Assembly: GCF_006345805.1 (NCBI RefSeq)
Contig: NC_043004.1
Coordinates: forward strand, 48,856,001-48,920,000
Length of the DNA: 64,000 nucleotides
DNA from: Octopus sinensis
Taxonomy: Eukaryota
Direction of reading: 5' to 3'
A program made the position numbers and the translations under genes. The notes beneath the pieces are model-generated. The model searched no databases. It was not told where the DNA came from and was given only the letters and a program-made list of their open reading frames with translations. Numbering within the stretch: the first letter of the stretch is position 1; every line of letters begins with the position of its first letter. This document shows positions 1 to 12,857 of the stretch, piece by piece.

Positions 1-71
1 GTGACCTACTCTTCTTTGGCATAGATGTTATATACATACATTCATACCATCATCATCATCTCAGTCATCAT

Positions 72-489
72 GGATCTTTTCGGTTTGAACGGCAGTTTTT
101 AACATAATTTCTAGCTAACTAAAAAATTTTCAACTTCGTATACTGGTAGAATGTGTTTATAAAACATCTTTTTCTCTTGGTTTTATTGAGAAAATTCTAT
201 AGTTTGTAAGATATTTGTTGTTCTTTTCTTCAATTTCTGCAATTTCAACCAATCACTGACGTCCATTGAGGTAAAAAAAACATTCTGTGCCGTATGAATA
301 TGTCCCTCGTTTAAGAAACAGATTGGGTTTATTTACATTTCTGAAGAAAAAAAGATACCCTTCCCCCCAGCCCTAACCCTAACCCTAAAACAGATTGAAA
401 TGCAATAGATCGATTCTAGGGTCATAATTATGGGTGACAATTTCATATGACACCGCTAGAAAAAACTGCCGTTCAAACCGAAAAGATCC
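72..489. mobile_element. Non-autonomous DNA transposon (MITE), Merlin-like, with internal CCCTAA repeats
   Basis: 29-bp TIRs ggatcttttcggtttgaacggcagttttt / aaaaactgccgttcaaaccgaaaagatcc; internal ccctaaccctaaccctaa; two more copies at 28819 and 29585. Confidence 0.8.
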
Positions 490-507
490 ATCATCATTAT
501 CATTTAA

Positions 508-720
508 CCCTTTAGCATTTAAATCGGCCATATCCAGCCAATATAGTTTACTTGTTTGATGTTCATATTGGATAGATCCAGCCTTTTGTACATAGCCTAC
601 AATGTCATTCAAGAAATAAAGTCATTGAAATCTTGAAGCTCTGAGATAATGCATGATTAATTCAAAACAATGTGAATAAATAAGCACTACATTTGACAGA
701 GAAATCTGAGTGCTTAAGGG
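508..720. mobile_element. piggyBac-like MITE
   Basis: TTAA on both sides, CCCTT...AAGGG termini, ~210 bp; related copies elsewhere in the window. Confidence 0.7.
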
Positions 721-2543
721 TTAATATTTACTTTTCCATACTTACATGGATCAGATGAAATTTGTTGAGGTAGTTTTTCTACAGCCAGATACCCTTCCTG
801 TTGTTATCATTCACTGGTTTCCAAGCAGACTAATACTTCTTCACAGCCAGGCATGTTTTTTCCTGAAAGACTGGAAATACACAACCTTGCTTGTATGATG
901 ATGATGCCCGTTTACAACCATCACATGATGTTTGGAGAAGGGTACACTCAAACACACATGCACCACACATGCACGCACACACACACACACACACACGCGC
1001 GCACCCACACACACACACACCTGTACATATAGGATGGGCTTCTTTCAGTTTTCATCCACCAAATTTACTCACAAAGCCGTGGTCAGCCCAGGGCTATAGT
1101 AGAAGACATTTGTCCAAAGTGCTGTGCAATGGAAGTGAACCTATAACACATGGTTGAGAAGTAAGCTTCTCAACCTCACACCTAAGCTTGCATCTGTACA
1201 CACACGCATTCACACACACACACACGCATATTTTTTTCTTGACTGAATATATATTACTTATTGATGTGTTATTGGTGACTAATTGGCTAACCATTAAAAG
1301 GAATTGATGTGGAGAATATGAATTTAGGGTTAAGTTTATCAAAGCTGTTATATAGGAAATTACATTAACATATCACTTGATTGCTACAACACGCTACAAT
1401 ATTTCCTCTGACTAAGCAATGCTGCTTGCGTCTTGTGATTCTTTAAATAGTACAAATATATATCTAAACTATTATATCATTCTCATAATTGTTTTACTAC
1501 AAATTAACTGTGTTATTTATTGGCTTTTGTATAACCATCAATGTAAACATAATATATTATTGTTTTGCCAGAAATAAGAAAACATCCATCAAATTGCCTT
1601 GTAATGTTTGGTTTTGTCCTTCTGTTTTCTAAGTTTAAGTCTTTTTCGGTGAGCGAAACTTTGCCTTTCATCTCTCTGAAGTGAATAAAATAATTATCAT
1701 ACATGTATAAGAGACTATACTCACCTATTACAAATTTACTACCTTAGGAAACTAAGCAGTCACTAGATAAGCTACTAATTAAGCAAACACATAAACCAGA
1801 TAAATTTGATATACATCAGGAAGTGAGATAGACACCTGGTGAAGAATATACCAACAGGAAGTGTGATAGACACCTGGTTATGAATACTAAGCCCTTCCTC
1901 AGCGAAGAATGCACCACCCGGTATAGACTAGTCAGTACCAATCTCAGGATAAGAGTTCAACACTCAAAAACACAGAGCAAACCAAAAAAGGAAGGCATGG
2001 AAGCTGAAAGATGTAAATTCAAGCAAGTACTGAACAATGTGTAGGATGAGAAGATAGAGACTTAAAGCATAAAAGGACACCTGAGAGTTCCTATGAGATA
2101 ACCTTCTACTAACTGCAGACCAGACTCCAGCCTGATGAAAGGTGGTATGATGGTGGATTTGGACAATATACAGAACCATAAAACCTAAGTGACATGTTTG
2201 GAAAAATTATAAAAAAAGGGATGGGAAGTAAGAAAGAATAGCATGTAGCTAGAAGGAATATAAGAGATTAGGTGTATATATTGAGGAGAGAAGTTAAAAG
2301 CAAGTGTTTTGCCACTGATCTGTGATGAGATGACCGAAGATGTGAGACTTTGTTGCTTATGAATCAGTGTGAATCAAGGAAGGATATCAATGCACTTCAC
2401 TGACACACACACACGCATACAAAAAATAAAAGTTATGGAAATATCAATGCAGAAGGTTAGAGCATAAGGAAGACACTTGGGAGAGAGTGACTACTTCAAA
2501 TAGAGGAATGAGTTACTGATATTGGCAGCTATGCGACTCAAAG

Positions 2544-2945
2544 ACTTGACTTGACTTGACAGCATTCACCCGGGGTGGGTTGAGCTGGCTTCATTCATCC
2601 TCAATGCTGCATCTCTCACAAACGCTAACCAGGCCTGGTGATTTGAGGCTAATGACTGCGTGATCTCCAACCACTCTTTATTCCAGCGGTGAACGCCATA
2701 GATATGGGGGCCTAGGTTGTATGTCGTCTCAAAGAGCAGTTAAGGATGTGTTGGCAAGAAAAGCAGTTAGACTCTCAAGAATAGTGAGCATGTTGGGAAG
2801 TGGCCGTGCTCACTGCATAGAAAAGGAGTAAGCAGCAATTCGGCGTAAATTAAGGATGTACAAAAATTACAGTGGGATCAGAGGCACAGTGACAAAGCAA
2901 GACTATTGTATGTAGCAAAAAAATGGTAATGTATCTGTACACGTA
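2544..2945 (-). mobile_element. RTE-clade LINE 3' fragment
   Basis: Minus strand reads ...LASNHQAWLAFVRDAALRMNEASSTHPG* followed by a (CAAGT)n tail. Confidence 0.5.
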
Positions 2946-3667
2946 TCCCACCGCTGCCAACAAATTTTTAATGGCGGTGCCCCAGCATGGCCACAGCTCG
3001 TGAACTGAAACTAGATAAAATGAAAATGATAAACTGAAAATGTATTAGCAAGCATATGAAAAGATTTTTTTTTAGGAAGACTAGCATTTGCCCATACATG
3101 CTAGTCTACTCTCTCCACACCATCAATGTTTATCCAAGAGAAAGGCTGCTGGCTAGGGCCATTACAGCCTGGCATCAGTGTCCCTGCCTGTACTGCTGTC
3201 AGAACTCAGAGCTAGAATAGATACTCCAAGACATCTTACCTGATCTTCTAGCAGTTCTACCAATCCATCACCCTATGATGATGCTTTTTTATTGACCCCC
3301 AAAAGGAAGAAAGGCGAAGTTGACTTTGGCAGGATTTGAACTCAAGAGTGTTGGGAATTGAAATAAAAATCACGAGGCATTCTATCCAACACCCTAACAA
3401 CTGCCAGTTTGCTGCTTAAACCCTTTTGTTACCATATTTATATTAAAATATACTGTATTTGTTTCAGGATAAATGTTTCAGTTTAATTTTGGAAACTATA
3501 AAGAATTTACTAAAATAACTTTATCAATATGAAGCTGGTGTTTGGAATGTATATTGACATGAAATTTTGATAGAAGATTTTAAACCAATTGATCTCATTT
3601 TAAATTATAACATTTAAATACAAAGAAACAGAAAAAAGTAAAGAAAAGAGGCAGAGTTAAGCAGAAT

Positions 3668-4510
3668 ATGGAGGAGGAAGGAGCAATGGGTGATCCACTC
3701 CAGAACAAATGGTATGCTCAACTGTGCCTTACAGTCATGACTGCTATGGTTTTTGCTGTGGAGAATATCCAGTGGCACTTGCTGCAGCAACCGCTCAACC
3801 TCAAAAGGCTCATTTCTCAATTGAGTGCTGTTATCCTGATTTCGTGGAAGAAGTTGGTAGTGTGGGGTCTAAGAACACCTGAGGTCTTGACAGAAACTGG
3901 CTCCTGTATTTCTTTATTTATTTTTCTCTCCTCTGCATTACAAATGATGATACCTGGGTTTGCAGCAAGGTTGGAACTGGAGATTGTGTCACTGCATGTC
4001 ACATCCCAGATTAGGGATCTGCCTCCCTCAAATGGGAAGAGGGTTACTCTGCCAGGGCACTTACCATCTCTGTGACCAAGACCTATTGGCACCAGTTGAG
4101 ATGGGAAGCCAGCTGCACTGAGGTCTCTTCTAATTATGTCATTCAGACTGGTGTGTTGGGGGAATTGACCCATGCTAAGGCTGCAGGATAATGGATGCAG
4201 GCCAAATACATCAATTACTGCTCCATAACTGCATTTGTGTGGCTCACACATGTGTAAATTGAGGGCCACTTCAATATGAGTGCACTCATCATCTAGAAGA
4301 GTACCTGTAGATGAGGAGGGCACTGCTGTTTGGCTGCTGAGCAGAATGGAGGCAGGCAAGGCAGTGCTGGTCTAATGAAGTCTTAGTCTGCTCAGAGGTT
4401 GACTTACATCTGATGTCATCCCAGTTACATTGGACATCCACATTCTGTGGGACTACAAGGCCTTCAGCAATCCAATTAGCTTGAGCTGACTCCAGTTCCT
4501 GGACCACATC
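3668..4510 (-). mobile_element. Decayed non-LTR retrotransposon with restriction-like endonuclease (CRE-like)
   Basis: ORF 3817-4359 contains CSYGAVIDVFGLHPLSC (degenerate CCHC), HTSLNDII and DGKCPGRVTLFPFEGGRSLIWDVTCSDT, matching the RH..LND / DGKRPDG / WD.TC.DT pattern of RLE domains; frameshifted. Confidence 0.75.
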
Positions 4511-5004
4511 TGGATCATTTTAAAACAAGGAATTTTTTTTTATCATAGAATGGAAGGTGATTTTAAGCGAAATCAAATTGGTATCAAAAGGGTTAATGTT
4601 CTCACTAACTGCTATTGGTATATTCTAATGTTTCATTGATGACTGTGGGGTTAAATTGCCTGACTAATATTGCAAGACCTATTTAAACAGTCGCTGAGCT
4701 CTATAACAACAATAATTTACCAATATCCAACATATTATCCTAATATCTGATATCATGTCTCCTGTAAAAATTCCAGCACTTTTAATGCTTTAACACTGAA
4801 ATTGGCCACACTGTGCCCAAATATTCTACCTGTTTTATTTTCAACTTGGTCAGATCCAACCCCTCACACCTCTCTTACAATGTCATTCTATAAACAAACA
4901 ATACTGTGTTGAAATCTCAAACCTACAAGATAATGCAGGATTGATTCAAAACAATGTGAGTGAACATTACATTTGACAGAGTCAGCTGAATACTTAAGGG
5001 TTAA

Positions 5005-5364
5005 CTAGCACTATGACTCAGCAACGCCGGGTCATAGTGCTAGTGCATGCATATACAGCTGCGTGCATGTGTACATACACGCGAGTACTGTCCAAATCTC
5101 CAACCAATCACATACAGCTAGCTGGCATTCAATTGGCGTATCAAATTTCGGGTGTTTTGATTGGGTTTTGGATAGAAAATTCACAAAAAAGTCACTTCTA
5201 TTGATTTTTAAATGGCTTTGCAGGGTGACTGGGGAAATGTAAAGATGTGCACGACCACCCTTGGATGGTTTTGAATGACCATAGAAAGTGCGAGCCCTCT
5301 AACTGTAAAATTGTGGATTTGTATAAAGGACACACCCACAGACATTTTGCCATTTATATATAGA
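5005..5364 (-). mobile_element. Non-autonomous Helitron
   Basis: Minus strand starts TCTATATATAAA and ends with a GC-rich hairpin and CTAG followed by T. Confidence 0.75.
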
Positions 5365-5473
5365 GGGATACATATCTCAAAGTATCACTATTTGAAAACA
5401 GTTGTTCTTTCATGTTCCAGTCACTTCAAATAACTTTGTAACAATACTAAAATTTGATTTTTTTTGTTTTCAG

Positions 5474-5600
5474 GATTTGGAAGATAGCAACAGTGTTACC
5501 TTAGCGACGACTGATGAAAATGATATTACATGTGACTACCATGTGGTATACAGTCAGAGTTATGCTGTCCCTGTATTGTACTTCAATATGTATTGGAAAG
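5474..5600 (+). CDS. ATG10: Internal exon of autophagy E2-like enzyme ATG10
   Basis: Polypyrimidine tract + cag acceptor at 5471-5473, gt donor at 5601; DLEDSNSVTLATTDENDITCDYHVVYSQSYAVPVLYFNMYWK matches the ATG10/ATG3-family YHV.YS.SY.VPVLYF motif; flanking exons not found. Confidence 0.75.
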
Positions 5601-5930
5601 GTACAGTCACATTAATTTATAACTATTTCAGTAACTTCCTGCTTCTTAACATTGACTTGTTTCTTGTGTAGTGGATTGTTATTGTTCTTATTCATGTTGC
5701 CATGGCTGTTGCTGTTGTTGTTGCTGTTGCAGTTGATATTGGCTTCAAATTTTAACTCTAGGCTATCAATTTTAGAGTAAAGGTAAGTGAAATTCATCGA
5801 CCCCACTGCTTAACTGGTACTTAAATTATCGACCCTGAAAGTCGACCTCAGTGAAATTTGAACTCAGAATGTAAAGATGGACAAAATACCGCAAAGCATT
5901 TTGATCAATGTACTAACAATTCTGCCAGCT

Positions 5931-6166
5931 TATTTATTTATTTATTGCCCACAAGGGGCTAAACACAGAGGGGACAAACGAGGACAGACAAAGGAATTAA
6001 GTTGATTACATCGACCCCAGTGCGTAACTGGTACTTTATTTATCGACCCCGAAAGGATGAAAGGCAAAGTCGACCTCGGCGTAATTTGAACTCAGAACGT
6101 AAAGGTAGGCAAAATACCGCAAAGCATTTTGATCCGTGTACTGACAATTCTGCCAGTTTGCCACCT
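5931..6166 (-). mobile_element. tRNA-derived SINE, family 2
   Basis: Reverse complement of the copy at 30033-30265. Confidence 0.8.
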
Positions 6167-6547
6167 TATTGTTGCAGTTGATATCACTGTTGTTATTGTT
6201 GTTGTAGTTGATATTTTCCCTTGTTCGTCATATTGAATTCTATGTTAAATGAGATTTCAAAATATAATTACTGAAATCTTTATTGTTAACAGGGGTTCGG
6301 ATGATTGGTGATATGGATCCATTGGTGGTTAAAATGGATCCCATTGATTTTCTTGGTGGTTAAGATGACCAATAGACCATTTCAAGAAGATTATTAATAT
6401 GGAGTTTAATATTTGTCAAAATAGGATCTGGTAGTTGCTAAAATGGGTTTAGTGATTGTTATTATGTGATTGCTACACTCATGAACATTGTGTGCCTTGT
6501 CATAATCCAATCATCATTAATATTGGCTCCACTGATTGTTAATATGG

Positions 6548-6697
6548 GTCTTCTTCTTCTTCTTCTTCTTATACTATTTCTTCTACTTATACTACTTCTT
6601 TTTCTTCTTTTTCTTCTTCTTATACTATTTCTTCTTCTTCATCTTCTTCTTCGTCTTCTTCTTTGCCTTCTTCTTCTTCATCACCATCACCACCACC

Positions 6698-6729
<32 letters not shown>

Positions 6730-6732
6730 TAT
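6548..6732. repeat. Compound (CTT)n/(CAC)n/(CAT)n microsatellite
   Basis: Directly visible; source of the spurious poly-L/poly-H ORF. Confidence 0.95.
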
Positions 6733-7012
6733 AACAATATTAATTTTTCCATGCTTTCATGGGTTCAACTGAATCTGTTGCAGTGGATTTTCTATGGCTG
6801 TTTGCCCTTCCTGTCACCATCTCTCACCTGTTTCCAAGTAAGATAATGTTTCTCCATGACCAGACATGTTTTCTTGGAAGATTGTAAACAAAGGGCACCA
6901 CTTGCATTATGGTAACACTAATTTGACAACTATCATGTGAAATCAAGGCAAGGAGATAATAACACACACACACACACATACATTGTATATATATATCATC
7001 ATTGATGTTTAA

Positions 7013-7212
7013 CCCTTTCATTACCAGCCTGGCTGAGTACAAATGTCTTGTTTACATAAGTTTTTAATTAATATCTTCCACCAAAGCTTGGTCAAAATTT
7101 ACGTTCCTAACACTAGCTGAATGATAACTAAGCTATTTTACTAAATTCTTTGTTATATTTAAAGTTATTGAAAGAAACACAGCATCTCAAAATAAATATA
7201 GTAATGAAAGGG
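7013..7212. mobile_element. piggyBac-like MITE
   Basis: TTAA flanks, CCCTTTC...GAAAGGG termini, 200 bp. Confidence 0.7.
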
Positions 7213-7729
7213 TTAACGTCCTCTCTCCATGGGTTGGATGGTTTGACTGAGGGCTGGCAAGGCAGAAGGCTGCACCAGGCTCCAGTCTAATCTAGCAAAG
7301 TTTCTACAACTGGATGCCCTTCCTAACACCAACCACTTCGAGAGTGTAGTGGGTGCTTTTTATGTGCCACCTGCATGAGGGCCATTCAGGCGGTACTGAC
7401 ATCAACCATGGTTAAATGGTGCTTTTTACGTGCTACCGGCATGGGAACCAGTCAGGCAGCACAAAATTAAAAATAGAAATTGGCTCCACTTATTACTACT
7501 GCAATGTTTACTTCATAGTCTTCGTAAATAGAAAACTTTGGTGGGCCTGGGGCTGTAGCAGAAATCACTTACCTGAAGTGCCACACTGGACCTGAAACAA
7601 GCTTCTCATTACACAACCATGTCAGCACCTTTAGGTCTATTAATTGTTGATACTGGAACCAGTGATTTAAAATTAGATGGTCTTTTAATTGTTATGGTCT
7701 AGCTATTGTTCATATGAGACCTATGGTCA

Positions 7730-8960
7730 GTAACATGAGGACCAGTGATTCTTTATATGGACTGTAATGATAATGTAATAATATACAATAATGAAAGATA
7801 TTAGTGATATACTGTAATGATGGATAGTAGTAATAGTACTATTAATGTTAGATGACAATAATATATAGTAATAATAGTGGATTAGAGATAAACAATAATG
7901 ATTGATTGTAAGGATATTAGTAGTAAGGATTGATAGTAATGATAGTACTATAATGTTAGATGGCAATGATATACAGTAATGGGACTAGATTAGGGATACA
8001 CAGCAATGATTGATTGTAAGGATATTAGTAGTAAGGATTGATAGTAATGATAGTACTATAATGTTAGATGGCAATGATATACAGTAATGGCACCAGATTA
8101 GGGATAGAAGGTAATGACCAATAGTTAGGATAAACTCGAAAATTAGATTATGATGAAAGACAGTAATGACACACTTTCGTAATTTCTAACATAACCACCA
8201 CTTGACTGATGCTTAATTTTGACCTATGAAAGGATGAAAGGCAAAGCCGATCTTGGTGGGTTTTGAACTCAAATTGTAAAGAGCAAGAATAAATACCACA
8301 AGGCATTTTCTTCAGTGCTTTAATAATTATCCCAGGCTACTATTTTGATAATAGTCTGTAATGATATTCTTTAATAATATACAGTAATGATAGACTTTAA
8401 ACATAAACAGTAATAATAGCCTGTAATGATAGGTAGTCACAAAACTAAAAGCAGAGAGTTATGACGATTCTAATAAATTTATCTCCGACAGACACAAAGC
8501 TAGTAATTTAAGAGGAAGGGGAAAATTGAGACCACTGACCTCAGTACTTGACTGGAACTCTATTTTATTGACCCCCAAACAATGAAAGGTACAGTCAACC
8601 TCAGTGGAATTTGAACTCAGAATGTTAAGCTGTAAAAAATGCATTTTTTGCTGCATGCTAACAATTCTTCTACCTTATGCTCACCACCTTATGATAACTG
8701 CAATAATAGAATGTAATGATAGGCAGTAATAATATTCCATAATAATATACAGTAATGATAGACTTAAAAGATAGACTGTAGTAATAGCCTTGTAATAATA
8801 GATTGTAATGACAGACAGTCGTGAAACTAGAAGCAGAGAGTTATGATGACTGTAATAATAGAAGGTAATGACAGACAGTAATGATAAGCTGTAACAGGAG
8901 ACTGTAATAATAAGTGAAGGAAATGGAATATGCAAGGAACTGATGACAAATATCAATTAA
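7730..8960. repeat. Degenerate AT-rich minisatellite
   Basis: Recurring gtaatgatag / cagtaat words; a ~108-bp unit duplicated near 7897 and 8005. Confidence 0.6.
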
Positions 8961-9221
8961 AAACTTAACAAAATATTTTGTCACAAAAGTTTATTTTTCT
9001 TTTGTCATTAATAGATTTTCACTGAGTGTAAATCTGTTTAAATTAAGCTGTTTCTGCTGGTGAAATCTCTCAAATTTATGGTTTTGTTATTATCTTGAGT
9101 GTATTAATGAATATTAGTTTTTAGTATCCTTATTACACTGTCTCTAATTGAATACTGTCAATTGCTTGTTAGTTAAACATATCAGTTTTAGCATTTCTGT
9201 TCTTTCAACTGAAGATGTTGA

Positions 9222-9420
9222 TGATGACTACTACTACTACTACTACTACTTCTGCTGCTGCTGCAACTACTACTACTACTACTACTACTACTACTGCTAC
9301 TGCTACTGCTGCTGCTACTACTATTACTACTACTATTACTGCTGCTACTATTACTACTGCTACTATTACTACTGCTACTATTACTACTGCTACTACTACT
9401 ACTGCTGCTGCTGCTACCAC
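9222..9420. repeat. (TAC)n/(TGC)n microsatellite
   Basis: Directly visible. Confidence 0.95.
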
Positions 9421-9884
9421 CAATACCCAAAATGTGTAGCTATTATTACTATTATTTTATATGGGGCAGTGGATTGGCAGAATTGGTAGAGCATTTTGTG
9501 ATATCTATGTATTGTAATTTTCGCTTTATGATGCATGACATTCTGAGTTCAAATCTCACTGGGTTCAGTTTAGCTTTACATCCTTTTGAGGTTTGATGAA
9601 ATAAACACTAGTCAAGTACAGCAGTCTCCCTCTTAAGTATGCAACTTGAACCTAACTGCTTGTGCGTACTCAGCAGTCAACCACACCAAGGCTCATGGAT
9701 GCACATAGTTTCAGATCATATTTGTCACGATGTGAAGCAAAGGAATGAGGAAGCATTTGAATGAATCCCAGAGATCGGATACTATTGCTAAGCTGGCCTC
9801 TGAAGAATTCTATCAACGCTCATCAATGTTGCTGTAGAATGAATCATTGGTATAAACTTGAACCTGGGATTCTCTCTTTTTCTC

Positions 9885-10304
9885 TTTACTATTTTACTGG
9901 TTTCAGTCATTTGACTGTGACCATGCTAGAGCACCACCTTTAGTCGAGCAAATCGCCCCCAGGACTTATTATTCTTTGGAAGCCTAGTACTTATTCTATC
10001 AGTCTCTTTTGCCGAACCGCTAAGTTATGGGGACGTAAACACACCACCATCGGTTGTCAAGCGGTGTTAGGGGGACAAACACAGACACAAACATATACAC
10101 ACACATACATATATATATAGACATATATATACATATATACGACGGGCTTCTTTCATTTTCCGTCTACCAAATCCACTCATAAGGCTTTGGTTGGCCCAAG
10201 GCTATAGTAGACGACACTTGCCCAAGTTGCCTCACATTGGGAATGAATCCGGAACCATGTGGTTGGTAAGCAAGCTACTTACCACACAGCCACTCCTGCG
10301 CCTA
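9885..10304 (-). mobile_element. tRNA-derived SINE, family 1 (internal TA/CA microsatellite)
   Basis: Full-length reverse copy of the dominant ~400-bp repeat. Confidence 0.85.
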
Positions 10305-10639
10305 TTCTTGAAGATTTTGCATGAATTTATCTGGGATTTGTACTTAAACGGGTGTGTACTTAACCGAGAGGTTACTGTACTGGGCTGATTTAATCACCTA
10401 ACTTCAGCCCCTGAATTCCTTGTTGTGAGCTAATGTTAGAAACTCCTACTACTAATAAAGGTATGTAGACTAGTGGTTAGGATGTTGCACTCTTGATTAC
10501 CAAATCATGAGTTCAATTCTTGGAATAGGTGGTGTGTTTGTTGTATTCTTGAACAAAACATTTCATTTCATGTTTCTCTAATATTGTGTGGATTAGCTTT
10601 GGGACTGAAAATAAGGCGATCTCTTTCAATGTTTCGGGA

Positions 10640-10800
10640 GCCATGTCTGATAGTACCCTGGGTACAGCAGCCTCCGTAATCTGCTGTCACTTTTGTTACT
10701 TTTCTGTTTTGGCTTTTCCAGCCATTAACTGACCTTTCTTGCCACATGTGTAGCAGCTGGTCTTTGCGTCCTGAAAGATTAGTCTTTCATTTGGCACCCA
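10640..10800 (-). pseudogene. Degenerate zinc-knuckle (gag/ORF1-like) fragment
   Basis: Minus frame VPNERLIFQDAKTSCYTCGKKGQLMAGK* resembles CX2CX4H with the His and last Cys lost. Confidence 0.3.
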
Positions 10801-11068
10801 CTACATAGCACAACTTAGAATCATTTTGTGGACTTGTGGTGTTATAATAATTTGTATGTCCATGTTGACCCCTATCCAATTATATATCACTCGAAATTAT
10901 ATCAGTTCTGCCCACTGTCAGAGGTCAGCTTAGCAATGGTATCCGATCTCTGGGATTCCTTCAAATGCTTCCTCATTCCTTTGCTTCACATCGTGACAAA
11001 TATGATCTGAAACTATGTGCATACATGAGCCTTGCTGTGGTTGACTGCTGAGTACGCACAAGCAGTTA

Positions 11069-11230
11069 GAGAGAGAGAGAGAGGCAAAGAGAGAGAAGGA
11101 GAGAGAGAGAGAGAGAGAGAAGGAGAGAGAGAGAGAGGAGAGAGAGAGAAGAGAGAGAGAGAAGGAGAGAGAGAGAAGGAGAGAGAGAGAAGGAGAGAGA
11201 GAGAAGGAGAGAGAGAGAGAGAGTGAGAGA
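11069..11230. repeat. (GA)n microsatellite
   Basis: Directly visible. Confidence 0.95.
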
Positions 11231-12158
11231 AATAGCCATGAATAATTACTATATAATCTCAAATACTAACTCTGAGAACCACATGTTAACTGTTAAAAGC
11301 TGCAATACTAACTTTACTAACCATTAATACTGTTATAGCCACCAGTATCTATTATACTTACAAACACTATTATAGACATTAATAATAACTGTTGTAGTCA
11401 GCAATAACTACTCTAACTACATACAATATTTTATGGCATACAAAGCCAATGTTGTATACAATGTAAACATTCAAACATCACTTCCCAAATCTTGCTGTAT
11501 TTCACTTAGAGTTTTTGGTCCTTTAATGTTGTCCTAGTATATAAATTAACCTACTGTTTTTGGGGCCATAAATTTTAGTTTGAAAAATTTGACTTGTATC
11601 ATCATCATCATCATTAACATCATTACTTAACGTCTGTTTTCCATGCTGGCATGGGTTGGATGGTTTGACAGGAGCTGGCAAGACTGGGAGCTGTATCAGG
11701 CTCCATTACGTGGCAGAAAATATGGTATACTATTATAACTACCAATAATTATTACAGGTATTATTAACTACTATACCCACTAATTATAGTCCAGTTCAGA
11801 TAAACCAGTACCCAAAATAAGCACATGTTTTGGGTACCAAGGGAAGTGGGTTACTACAGGACTTATTTTTTAAACAGTGTCAAATGTACTATGATGTAAA
11901 TTATAACTTCTTTTTTTTTCAAAATGATTAATTAAAAAAGATTGAAAATGTTAATTTTTTTCTGTTACTCTAGTTATGAGAAAATAATTTCTTAATATCA
12001 TTTATTGCTATTTAGTGTTGTTGCAGTTACTGTTTATAACTCACTCTAAGATTTATTATTGCTTGTTTACACTTTTTCGATATCGGTGTCTTTACGATAC
12101 TGGAAAAAGTATATGTATTTGTGAAGGGAACCTACTTTTCATTGACAACTGTGATTGT

Positions 12159-12203
12159 CACACGCCGATGACGGGTCAATACCCTGAAACTCGAGTCCGT
12201 GTG
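12159..12203 (+). ncRNA. Type I hammerhead ribozyme motif (PLE-type), one core change
   Basis: cacacg CCGATGA c-ggg-tcaata-ccc-t GAAA c-tcga-GTC cgtgtg; stem I cacacg/cgtgtg extends to caact/agttg; palindromic stem III ACTCGAGT; U4 is C. Confidence 0.7.
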
Positions 12204-12657
12204 TATCATAAGTTGGAGACAGGAAGGATGGCTTCCCTTTGCAAATACTGATAGGGCACAGAAAGTGTGTCTATAGCCAGCTGGAGGAGGTGTCCTCCTG
12301 GGGCTACAAACTACAGTAGCATCCACCCTTAGGGGTTAGCCATATTTAAATGGCAAATATATGTCACGATGTGTTGCAGTTACTGTTTATAACTTGCTCT
12401 AAGATTTATTTTAAAAAATAGTTATATTTGATATTGTTGTAAGGAATAACTTGAAAGAAAACCATTTTAAATTTATTATTACCCATTTAGCTCTTATCAT
12501 GTCTTAATGCCCTGTCTTACAATGGAAGGACTGAGGAGTCACCATTGCTGGGTTGTGGTTAAGGCATCAGATGGTTTTGATCTGGCCTCGATTATAGCTT
12601 CTGATACTAACTTTTATAGCCCTTAATACTATGTTTTATGTCCTGCATTACTATTAA

Positions 12658-12857
12658 CCCTTTAGTGTTCGCATTATTCTGCCAAAATTAATGTTTTTTT
12701 ATCCACATTGTTTTGAACTAATCAGGCATTATCTTGGAGCTATGAGAGTTTGGAAACAATATTGTAGGGTTGGTGTAAGAGGCCAGATCTGGCCAGTTTG
12801 AACATAAAACAGGCAGAATACTTCTGGCCAGATATGGCCGGTTTAAATGCTAAAGGG
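12658..12857. mobile_element. piggyBac-like MITE
   Basis: TTAA flanks, CCCTTTAG...CTAAAGGG termini, 200 bp. Confidence 0.7.

Noticed and set aside
368-388. Telomere or chromosome end
   Set aside because: Only about three CCCTAA units, internal to a MITE
1817-1915. 24-bp direct repeat plus minus-strand CTGAGGA
   Set aside because: No GAAA half; ribozyme not supported
12015-12251. 78-aa ORF as next ATG10 exon
   Set aside because: No ATG10 motifs; the sequence is the hammerhead-bearing repeat unit
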